From contig CAXXTU010000002.1 in NCBI GenBank assembly GCA_963662655.2, forward strand, positions 2,912,001-2,976,000: a DNA stretch of 64,000 nt. Direction: 5' to 3'. Of the stretch, positions 1 to 10,100 are shown piece by piece. A model generated the notes under the pieces. It had not been told where the DNA came from. It searched no databases and saw nothing but the letters and a program-made list of their open reading frames with translations. The DNA is from Candidatus Cloacimonadales bacterium (GTDB lineage: Bacteria > Cloacimonadota > Cloacimonadia > Cloacimonadales > JAIOQZ01). Every line of letters begins with the position of its first letter. The first letter of the stretch is position 1. The position numbers and the translations under genes are program-made.

Positions 1-197
1 TTTCCGCTATACAGCGTCTCGAGAGCTTCCAGCTTGTAGCCGATATTCTCGACGATCTGGCCGGTTGTCACCGAATTGCCTTGGGTGTTTCCAGACATCT
101 CAACTGTTATCTGACCATTGGGAGTCGTGAACACAACATCGGCTGCAAACAAAGGTAATGCTAGCAATACGAATAGAAATCCAATATACCTTTTCAT
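1..197 (-). CDS. Secreted hypothetical protein, N-terminal part (runs off the window edge)
   Basis: Own translation from ATG at 197: MKRYIGFLFVLLALPLFAADVVFTTPNGQ...; Sec-type signal peptide (LFA-A); GGAGGA Shine-Dalgarno at 203-208 on the minus strand; open to position 1. Confidence 0.7.
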   Translation of the reverse strand, partial: MKRYIGFLFVLLALPLFAADVVFTTPNGQITVEMSGNTQGNSVTTGQIVENIGYKLEALETLYSG

Positions 198-286
198 TCG
201 AATCCTCCAAAATTTTTGCAAGAAACGGCTTTAATGATTACGGCGTCAATAAAAAATAAAAGGAACTCGTTGAAGTAATAAACAGC

Positions 287-322
287 AAAAAAAAGAAGCA
301 GATCGAGATTGTCTGCTTCTTC
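287..322 (-). terminator. Probable intrinsic terminator downstream of the 86-aa gene
   Basis: aagaagcaga/tctgcttctt inverted repeat with an A-run on the left (U-tract on the minus strand). Confidence 0.6.
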
Positions 323-346
323 TTGTATTCGTGATTATAACAGGAT

Positions 347-607
347 CTACTCGTAGTTGAAATCCATTCCCTTCACCTGGATGCCGTCGATGACGTTCAA
401 TTCCTCTTCGAGTGAATCCCAAATCGCTTTGTCGCCCACAAGCTCGAGGATTAACAGGCCGGTACGACTGCAGTAGCTTTCGCTTGTTTCATGCAGTCCG
501 AGACGAGTTTTGATATTACAACCATATTTGGTGAGGATTTCCTGTACTTTCGTTGCTTCGGTCAGGCGATTTGTAACTAAAACACCCATAATGCGAATTT
601 TTTCCAT
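347..607 (-). CDS. Small ACT-like domain protein (IKTRLGLHE family, resembling the TM1266/iron-only hydrogenase regulator-like group)
   Basis: 86 aa, IMGVLVTNR...VQEILTKYGCNIKTRLGLHE...GLLILEL pattern; AAGGAG SD upstream. Confidence 0.6.
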   Translation of the reverse strand: MEKIRIMGVLVTNRLTEATKVQEILTKYGCNIKTRLGLHETSESYCSRTGLLILELVGDKAIWDSLEEELNVIDGIQVKGMDFNYE

Positions 608-695
608 ATTACACTCCTTTAAGGATTTATGCTAAATTACACCTTGTTTCATTTTGATGTCAACAAGAAAATTGCGAGGGATTGAATCCGGCTCA

Positions 696-920
696 ACTCG
701 AAGCGTAGCAATGAACGCACGGCGCGGCGGCGGGAAAGCCCTTTCGTCCGCCGATATGCCCACGCGACTCGAATTTTATCCGAGCGCCCGATCCCATCGC
801 GGACATAGAAAGGGCTTTCCGATCATGAATCGAACCAGTCCGTCATGCTGGTTCGATTCATGATTGATGTGCGGAGCACATCCGCCGCCGCGCCGCGCTG
901 GCCGGCAGTCGACTTCGAGT
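696..920 (-). repeat. Structured intergenic element A (four-way junction palindrome family)
   Basis: Stems 720-733/882-895, 734-745/808-819, 822-838/848-864 and 866-872/876-882; outer stem 696-703/913-920. Confidence 0.75.
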
Positions 921-1104
921 GCGTTGGTCGATGCAGCGACTATGATTTCCGGCAGATTCGATGAATTTCTTGACGACTGATACCGATGCTGTTTTTTGAT
1001 ATTCTCCGTAACAAATCCGCAGGGATATTGTTGATATTAAGAGAGAAGGAAGTTTGTGCCCATTTTAATGACCGCATCTGGGCGTTAGCTTCAAAGCAGG
1101 ATGC

Positions 1105-2136
1105 ATGTTAGAACGAATCATTTCCCCGGAACAGCTTGATACCGAACGTGAATTCGACCGCACGTTGCGACCGAAAACGCTTTCGGACTTCGTGGGTCAG
1201 GATCAGGTAAAGGAAATCCTGGATATTTCGATTCAAGCAGCGAGAAGACGCAACGAACCCTTGGATCACGTGTTGCTCTATGGTCCTCCCGGACTTGGAA
1301 AAACCACGCTGGCTCACATCATCACCAACGAGCTGGATACGGATATGAAGGTAAGTTCGGGACCGGTCCTCGAGCGTCCCGCGGACCTCGCGGGTGTGTT
1401 GACGAATCTCGAACGCCGTAATGTCCTTTTCATCGATGAGATTCACAGGCTCAATCACGTGATCGAGGAATACATGTATCCGGCGATTGAAGATTTCGAG
1501 ATCGAAATCATCGTCGATAGCGGCCCAAGCGCAAGAACCTTCAAGATCGATATCGATCCGTTCACGCTGATCGGCGCTACGACTCGCGCCGGACTCCTGA
1601 CCGCCCCGATGCGCGCCCGTTTCGGAATCATACTGCGACTGGATTACTATGATGAAATCAGCATCCGGCGGATCATCGAGCGCTCGGCGCGGTTGATGAA
1701 CGTGGAGATCGACCCGGAAGGCCGTGACGAGATGGCGCGCCGCTCTCGCGGAACGCCTCGCGTGGCGAATCGATTGCTCCGTCGTGTGCGCGATTACGCC
1801 GAGATCAAAGGCGATGGCGTGATAACGCGGGAAATTGCCATGAAAGCCCTGAAGATGCTGAACGTGGATAACATGGGGCTCGACGACATGGACAAGCGTA
1901 TCCTGAAAATGATCATGGAAAACTACCGCGGTGGGCCGGTCGGACTCAAGACGCTCGCCGTTGCCGTTGGCGAGGACCCGGGAACCATCGAGGAAATCTT
2001 CGAACCGTATTTGATTCAGCAAGGTTTTCTCGAACGAACCATGCAGGGACGCAAGGTTACCATGAAAGCATACCGCCATTTCGGCCTGACGCCAACCGGT
2101 GATCAGGCATCCCTCTTCGACGAGGTGGAGCGCTAG
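1105..2136 (+). CDS. ruvB: Holliday junction branch migration helicase RuvB
   Basis: LRPKTLSDFVGQ, Walker A GPPGLGKTT, LFIDEIHRL, GATTRAG, RGTPRVANRLLRRVRD and GGPVGL motifs. Confidence 0.98.
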   Translation: MLERIISPEQLDTEREFDRTLRPKTLSDFVGQDQVKEILDISIQAARRRNEPLDHVLLYGPPGLGKTTLAHIITNELDTDMKVSSGPVLERPADLAGVLTNLERRNVLFIDEIHRLNHVIEEYMYPAIEDFEIEIIVDSGPSARTFKIDIDPFTLIGATTRAGLLTAPMRARFGIILRLDYYDEISIRRIIERSARLMNVEIDPEGRDEMARRSRGTPRVANRLLRRVRDYAEIKGDGVITREIAMKALKMLNVDNMGLDDMDKRILKMIMENYRGGPVGLKTLAVAVGEDPGTIEEIFEPYLIQQGFLERTMQGRKVTMKAYRHFGLTPTGDQASLFDEVER

Positions 2137-2137
2137 T

Positions 2138-3238
2138 ATGCGGAATCGATTGATGTCACTCGGGATTTCCCTGATTATCGCCGCCGTGATATCGCTCTCG
2201 CTTGTATCGTGCGAAAGCAGCACTTCGTCCGATCCGCTTTCCGCGAAGATCGTGATACCGGGTGACGAATACGTTTGGGGCGACAGCCTGCTTGTTAGCA
2301 TTTCTTCATCCGGAGGAACGGTTGCAAGCGCTGTTTTCTTTGTAGACGGGAGCAGCGAATTGTTCGACGAGGAAGCTCCATTCGAATTCTGGTGGGACCT
2401 GAAAGATTTCGATTATGGCTCGCACACGCTGCAGGCAAAGGTGTTCTTCTCCGATGACAAATTCCTTGAAACGGACAACCGCATCGTTGTTCACATGCCG
2501 TTTCCTTTTTATGACGAGTTTTTAGCTGACTTCGACGGTATAACCGAAAGAGATGCAAACGGAAACCTGGTCGGGGAAGTCGATCAAAGCGACTGGAAGC
2601 TCACGGAGCTGAGTCAGACAGATTCGAGAGAGACGTTCGTTCTCTCCCTGAATATCGGTGCGTCCGATCGAAAGGTATATCTTAACTGGAGAACCGCCTA
2701 CGAATACAATCACGACGGATTCTATCTTCTGCGCGGCACATCGGAAGATGCGTACGAGCAGGATCGTGCGATTCAACTGAATCCGTATCCGCTTACCGGC
2801 GAATGGAACGAAGATGAGTACACATACTATGAATTTGTGGATTCGCTCAATATAGAATACCTGACCTACTACTACTGGCTGGAAGCGATCGATCCCGTGA
2901 GCGAGAACGAGGTTTTCGGTCCCTGGAGCATTACCGTAGAGGAAGACCAGCAGTGGAGCAGCCAATTCAATCCGCCCTACCCAAATCCGGCTCAACAATC
3001 CACGACATGCCACTTCTCGCTCGAGAAGGAATGCCTCTTATCCGTTATTTTAATCGACGACGAGGCAACAATCATCGGCGAAGTCATGTCCGAAGCGTCA
3101 TTGTCCGCCGGTGAGCATTCATTTTCCCTGGATTGTTCTGAAATGGACGTAGGCCTGTTTCGTTGTGTATATTACATAAGCGATAACGAAACGGAATGGA
3201 TCGGTTATGGGGACATCCGGCACGGGGCGGATGAATAA
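2138..3238 (+). CDS. Lipoprotein with Ig-like (Big) domain, FN3-like domain and T9SS-CTD-like C-terminal region
   Basis: ATG 2 nt after the ruvB stop; lipobox LVSC; FFVDG...APFEFWWD...GSHTLQA Ig-like segment; LNWRTAYEYNHDGFYLLRG...YYYWLEAID FN3-like segment; PPYPNPA...FSL CTD-like segment. Confidence 0.65.
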   Translation: MRNRLMSLGISLIIAAVISLSLVSCESSTSSDPLSAKIVIPGDEYVWGDSLLVSISSSGGTVASAVFFVDGSSELFDEEAPFEFWWDLKDFDYGSHTLQAKVFFSDDKFLETDNRIVVHMPFPFYDEFLADFDGITERDANGNLVGEVDQSDWKLTELSQTDSRETFVLSLNIGASDRKVYLNWRTAYEYNHDGFYLLRGTSEDAYEQDRAIQLNPYPLTGEWNEDEYTYYEFVDSLNIEYLTYYYWLEAIDPVSENEVFGPWSITVEEDQQWSSQFNPPYPNPAQQSTTCHFSLEKECLLSVILIDDEATIIGEVMSEASLSAGEHSFSLDCSEMDVGLFRCVYYISDNETEWIGYGDIRHGADE

Positions 3239-3335
3239 TGGGTTTCATGGAAAAGGATTCAAGTGTTTCATGCTGTTATATAATTCCTGAAACAATACTT
3301 GACGCTCGTAATGATTAGGACAAATTCGGCACAAT

Positions 3336-4124
3336 ATGAAGAACTCGATGATCGCGGTTGATATTGGTAATACGCATATTGCCTGTGGTATTTACGAAAA
3401 GAACATACTGACGCATTCCTGGAGGATGAGCACGGATATCAGCAAGACGGAGGACGAATACTTCGCCGTTCTCGATAGAATGCTCGATTATGCCGGCTAT
3501 GATCCTTCGAAAATAGGATATGTGGCGCTTTCGTGCGTTGTTCCACCACTGGTGAGAGTTTTCAGTCACATCTCTGAAAAGTATTTCAAGGCTCAATTCA
3601 TCAATGTGAACAGCGGCACAGACACGGGTCTGAAGTACCCCGTTCAGGATCCATCCTATATCGGAGCGGACCTCATCGTAAACGCCTACGCTGCCTGGAA
3701 GAAATATGGGACGAATTGCATCGTCTGCGATTTCGGAACCGCCACGACCATCCAGCTGGTTGGCTCCGACGGCTTCTTCCACGGAGCGATTATTGCTCCG
3801 GGCGTGATGACATCGTCGGAAAACCTAATCAAGAAGACATCACAGCTTTCCGCTGTGCGGCTGGAGAAACCGGGCCAGGTGCTTGGAACCAGCACGCGCG
3901 ATGCGATGTTGTCGGGAATCGTCGGAGGCAGCGCCCACATGATCGATGGCTTTGTTCGTGAAATCAAAGACAAATACAACCATCTCGGGAATATCATGTC
4001 CATCGCTACGGGCGGAATATCCGGCCTGATTGCCGAATACGCCCAAACGTTGGACAAAGTCGATAAAAACCTGACGCTTGACGGGTTGAACATGATATGC
4101 AGGAAGATGCTGATACATGAATAA
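3336..4124 (+). CDS. coaX: Type III pantothenate kinase
   Basis: AVDIGNTH, IGADLIVN, IVCDFGTATT, GAIIAPG, IATGG and LTLDGL motifs. Confidence 0.96.
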   Translation: MKNSMIAVDIGNTHIACGIYEKNILTHSWRMSTDISKTEDEYFAVLDRMLDYAGYDPSKIGYVALSCVVPPLVRVFSHISEKYFKAQFINVNSGTDTGLKYPVQDPSYIGADLIVNAYAAWKKYGTNCIVCDFGTATTIQLVGSDGFFHGAIIAPGVMTSSENLIKKTSQLSAVRLEKPGQVLGTSTRDAMLSGIVGGSAHMIDGFVREIKDKYNHLGNIMSIATGGISGLIAEYAQTLDKVDKNLTLDGLNMICRKMLIHE

Positions 4125-7100
4125 AAAACTCCTGCTGAGCTTTCTCTTCCTGGCAATCGCCCTTTCTTCCTTTGGGGATGTGCCTTTCCGCATGCAGTAT
4201 ACGCTCAAAAATTACTACCCGATGACAGAAAACCGGCTGGATATTCTGAAATATCATCGCGGTCTTTCGATGAGCGTCAAGCCCAGCAAGATTATTAGAA
4301 ACTTCGAGTTTACCACCAGAGAAATCGTCGATGTGGAAGATTCACTGATTGTGATGGTTGCCGAATATCACGGTATCGAATTTCCACAGCAGAACATTCT
4401 CACCTTCGATCAATACATCCAAAGCCAGTTCACGGCGTCTTTTCACAATCTGCTGCGCGAGAAGGCGAAAGAGCGGATAGAGGAAGGCGAGCAGCAGGTT
4501 GGCGAAGGTATTTTCGGTAAAGAGCTCTCCATTGACCTTCCTAAAATGGCGCTGCCGAAGGTGGTGAAAGATTTCATGGGCGACAAGGCTGCCCGTTTGA
4601 ACATCGATGGTAGTGAAAAGCTCACGTTCCGTATCGGTAGCACCAGAAATGACAACAACAGATCCACTGAAAGCAGTGGTTCTGAAGACCTGGACCTCGA
4701 TCTCAAACAGGAACTCAGACTTCGTTTGCGCGGTACCATCGGTGAGAAAATCCACGTGAACATCTCCCATACTTCGGTGTCGGATGAGGAAATCGGAAAC
4801 CCGAATACCATCGAAATCAAGTATGTCGGTAACGAGGACGAAATCGTCCAGACGATCGAGGGCGGTAATATATCCCTGTCGCTGACCGGTTCGCAATACA
4901 TTGGCTATTCCGCGTCATCCGAAAGCTTGTTCGGTATCAAATCGACGATGAAGGCCGGTCCGCTCGATCTGACGTTCATTCTCGGTAAAGAAGAAGGTGA
5001 GAAGAACACCGAGAAATACACGGGACAATCTCAGCAGGATTCCCTGACGATTTACAGTAAGGACTATAAAAAATACTCCTATTTCTATGTGGTTGATCCG
5101 GAAGTATTGTTCAGTATCTACGATACAGATCCTAGTGCGCCGCTGCCCGATAATGTACCGCCTACATGGTCGGGGAACGCAATTGTTACTGTGGCCGGCT
5201 CATGGGTGATAAACCATCCCGAGCTTCTGCCGGACGATCAATCTCTGCGGGTTTTCCTCGACGATGCCAATTACAGCAACGACACGATTGAAACACTACC
5301 GGGTGTGGCATGGCAGGATCCGGAAGACACCGAAACGTACAGGTTTGAAGAATTATACTCCGGTTCGGACTTTGAATACGATTACGACACGGGGATTCTC
5401 TCGATCGATCGTGCCGTGAATAAGGGTTATGCCATCGGTGTTACCTACACGACCAATAACGGAGCGAACCAGGTCGGTAACGATGACGAGAGCAACCTGC
5501 AAGTGAAGATGCTGTACAGGAAGAACCAGCTGCCGAGTTACAATACCTGGAAATTCCAGATGCGCAATGTTTATAACTTGAACATGCAGAATGTAAAAAG
5601 CGACGGATTCAAGGTGAATGTCTATACCGAAATCAACAGCGGTCAGGACATGATGTTCTCTCTACCGGACGACCTTGCTGTGGGATCGAACTACTCGACA
5701 TACAACGACTACCTACGTCTCGACAGCAATGGCGACGGTTTGATTAACAGCGACGACAATACCATCAATCTCGGTGAGGGCTATATTATCTTCCCGTTCC
5801 TGGAACCGTTCAAAAGCCTGGAAACTGAAGATACCGATATCTACTCGGATGGAACCGTTGTAAGCGACGATACGATCATGCGCATGTACGTGGTTGGTAA
5901 GGTGGGGCGAGATCAGATTACGCTGAACCAGATGAACATCGTCAAGGGATCCGTCAAAGTTAAGGTTAACGGTAGAACCCTCGATGAAAACGTCGATTAC
6001 ACCGTCGATTACGATTTCGGTACGATCACCTTCCTGAATAACGAAGCGAAGGACTCCAACAACGAGATCGAGATTGACTACGAATTCAGGCCGCTGTTTG
6101 CGATTTCATCCCGCATCATGACCGGCCTGCGCGCCGATTGTAAGATTGGCGATAACGCCCGTCTGGGCGGTACGTTCATCTATCATTCGGAGCAGGTGGA
6201 AGACAAGCGTCCCAAAATCGGCAGCGAAAACAAAATCCAGATGATGGGCGATATCGATGGGGAAATCAGTTTCGAAATGCCACTGCTTACGCGAATTGTA
6301 GACTGGCTCCCTCTCGTGAAAACCGATGCCGAATCCGAGGTAAACCTTTCCGGTGAAGTGGCCGTTAACATTCCGCAGATCTACGGCAATCCCGATAAAA
6401 AGGGTGATCCCGAAGCCTATCTGGAAGACATGGAGTCGATTCTGAGCACGTTCCCGCTGGGCATATCGCGTGCAACATGGGTTCCCGCCAGCGAGCCGCT
6501 CGACTATAACTTCGGCAAGGGTAAAATCAACTGGTACAACCCCACCGATATATACATGAACGACGTTTACAACGATGACTTGCTCACAGAGGAAGAGGAA
6601 AACGAAAAGGTTTCCGTGATGCAGGTGAGAGTGCTGACGCCAAACGTTCACATGCCGGGGGTGAACCAGAAATACTGGGCCGGTATCATGAAGTATGTCG
6701 GTAACCAGCTCGATTTCTCCGACAAGAAGTATATCGAAATCATGGTCAAGGCCGATAGCACCAATTCACCGATCAACATGCACATCGATCTGGGCGATGT
6801 TAGCGAGGACTTCTACACCGATTTCGGCGGACTGGGTATCCTCAATACCGAGGACGGTAAAAATGGCGGTGACTCCGACGGCACTTACGACTACGTGGAA
6901 GACGTCGGATTGGATGGTTACCCGAACGGAAATCCCCTGGATGATCCTGAAGACGACTTCGATAACGATAAAGTCAACAACATCTATCCTAATATAAACG
7001 GAACCGAAGGAAACAAGAGCCTCGATACCGAAGATCTCGATGCAGACGGTAGTCTGGACACGGTCAATCGGTATCTCGAGTACTCGATATCTCTCAACAG

Positions 7101-10100
7101 CAATGAATATCTCGAGAGCCAGAACGAGAAGGGTTACCGCACCTACCGCATACCCATTAAGAATGCGGGCGCTTTTCAGGCTGTTACCGATTCGAGCACC
7201 GATCCCGATATTGAACGCGTCAGCTACATTCGTGTGTGGTTCGAGACCGAAGAAAACGCGATCATCAACCTCGTTACCATGGATATCGTGGGTAACAAAT
7301 GGGAAGAATCGGCGATCAAATACACCGGGTCGGACGATATTGTTCCATCGTCGTTTATCGAGAGCCACAACGTTTCCATGCAAACCGGCATCATCGATAA
7401 CCAAAAGGATTACAGCTATACTTCCCCTCCGGGGACAACGGAGAAGACCGACGGTGTGGAAGAGTTCGAACAATCCCTTACGATCGACTACGAGAATATT
7501 CACAGCGGAACGTACGCGCTGGTCCACCAGAAATTCCAAACCTCGTACAACCTCCTGAACTACGGCAAGCTCCGGTTCTGGGTATATCCCGAGGTGGAGG
7601 ACTACAGTTCGGTTTCCGATTCGATCGAGATCGTGCTGCAGTTGGGCGGCGACTCTCTGAATTTCTATGAAATAGCGATCAAAATGGAACCGAACGAGAA
7701 GCGAGAGAAGCTTCAGCGGGACTGGTGGACGGATTTCGAGATCGATTTCAACAGCCTGACCAAGCTCAAGCTGATCGATCCAGACACCTACTCCATCATA
7801 TCCGATACCGTTGGGATTTACACGTACAGGAAGTACCAGAATCCCACGTTGACGTCGATCAAATACATGGCGCTGGGTATCCGCGTTCCGGGGGGAAGCG
7901 AGAAATTCTCCGGCCGTGTGTTCTTCGACGATATCCGCGTTGCGGAGCCTTTCAACGACATGGGCTATGCCGCGCGTTCGACCTTCCGTGTCAATTTTGC
8001 GGATTTCTCCGATCTCAGCGTGAATCTGACATGGAAAACGCCAAACTTCTATGAAATCAGAAATCGTACTGGAAGCAGCACGACAACTTCGACAACCGCT
8101 TTCAACGAGTCAATCAACCTGGACATCACCAATAAATACTCGCTGCACAAATTCTTCCCTGCGGAGTGGGGATTGAGCATTCCGCTGAATCTTTCTCAAA
8201 GCCAGTCGGAGACAAGATCGAAGTATATCTACAACTCTGATGTGGAAGTAAGCACGATCACCGACAAAGCTGAGAAGGATCGTCAGATTTCCAGGACGCT
8301 CAATCGGTCGGCGAGCATCTCATACAGCCAGAGCAAGACGCCGGACAACTGGATTCTGGCATATACGCTCAAGAACATTTCGTTCAATGGCGACATTCAC
8401 AAGAATATCAGCAACACGCCTTCATCGCGAGATACCACCCTTTCCTACACGCAGAAATACCAGTACAATCTGGATATTCCGCGGGATAAATTGGGATTCA
8501 AGATTTTCAACGATTACTGGATATACGTTCTGCCGAAATCCTACAAGAACAGCCTGAATTACGCCATCTCGTTCCCGCGGAAATGGCGCTGGCTACGCAG
8601 CTCCGACGGAACGTACGGATGGGAGCGGGAGACGCAGGACCAGACAACGAAGACGATGAAGACGAACAATACGATCGCCTACGACATCACTTCGGATTTG
8701 AACCTGACGTATATTCTCAACACCACGAAGAACATGCGTTGGCGCAAGGAGTGGCAGGGCATCAATCTTGGCCGTACGAAGGATAAGACGCAGAGCTTCG
8801 ATCTTTCGTACAATCCCGATTATATCGACAATATTCTGACTTTCAGCGCCGGATTGGGCATCGACTACGTGGAAACGCAGCGCGAGTACAACAACACGAC
8901 CGACGAGACGCTCCCGGCAGTTTATTACAGGTATCAGGGTGGTGTATCGAGAACCGTCAATATCGATGTGACGCTGAGAAACAGCGATTTATTGAACAGT
9001 CTGGCCGACTGGCTTGGCGCGCCTCCGGATGAGCTGGAAAAGATGCCTTCAGGTTTGGACAATCCCATCGACGATCTGAAAGGTAAAAGTGACCAAGACG
9101 ATAACAAGGACTTGATTGAAGAAGATAGAAACACCTTCAACTGGGATGGTCTCGACGGCTTGGGGCACGGCGACGAGGATCCACCCAAACCTGATCTCGG
9201 TAAGATCGAAACGCAAAACAGAGATCAGGCCCCCGATCACGATGATCGCGGGAAACCCGAACTTCCGAAGCGCGATCCATTGATGGATTCGGAAATCGTC
9301 GTGAACGATTCAACCGTTGTCGATTCTGTTGTCGCGGAACCCAAAGAACCTATGACGACCGGCAAGTTCCTTGCGATTCTGGTTCGTTATCTGGCCCGAT
9401 TCGAGAATTTTACCATTGATTACAGCAATTCCTACGACACGGATTACGAAGAACGGGCAAAGCCGCCGAATTTCAACTATCAGTTGAGTTTACCGCACGT
9501 GCTTTCGGAGAATCCGGAAGATGGCGAGATCGGTTCGAAGACGATAAGTGACGACATAAGAATTTCCACCGGTTTCCAAATTCTGGACAATCTGAATACT
9601 CGATGGAGTTATACGCGCAATATCAGTAATACATATTCCAGCTCTACAACGAAGACGGACAAGTCCACATTCCCGGATGTGACGGTTACGCTCAGCAAGG
9701 TTGAGGATATATTGGGAATTTCGGACTATCTGTCCAACTCCACGATAAGAAGTAATTATTCCTACACGAGAACCGATGATTGGAATTCCGGCAGCCACAT
9801 ACGCGTTTATGAAAAATACACGATGAGTCCTCTTGCCGAGTGGTCTGGAAAATGGAGTTTCGATTTGACCACCAAGGTCGGATACAACATGGACACTTCC
9901 GAGGATGCCAACCTTCGTCAAGAAAGTAAAGTGGTTACGGAAAGCAATAACTCACGTCTGTATGCGACGCTTACCCATACATTGAAGGCAGCGAAAGGTA
10001 TCAAAATACCCTTCGTCAAGGAACGCCTCCGTCTCAAAAACGAATTTACGACAGATATTACATTTGGCTGGGAAAAGAATAAAAGCACACGAAAGAATGG

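Noticed and set aside
654..863. 69-aa ORF over element A; likewise 10897-11166, 10935-11186 and 30902-31369 over elements B and C
   Set aside because: Arg/Ala-rich translations of GC-rich palindromic DNA with no SD or family resemblance.
1108..2301. 397-aa ORF antisense to ruvB
   Set aside because: Fully overlaps ruvB in the mirror frame and has no protein-like features.
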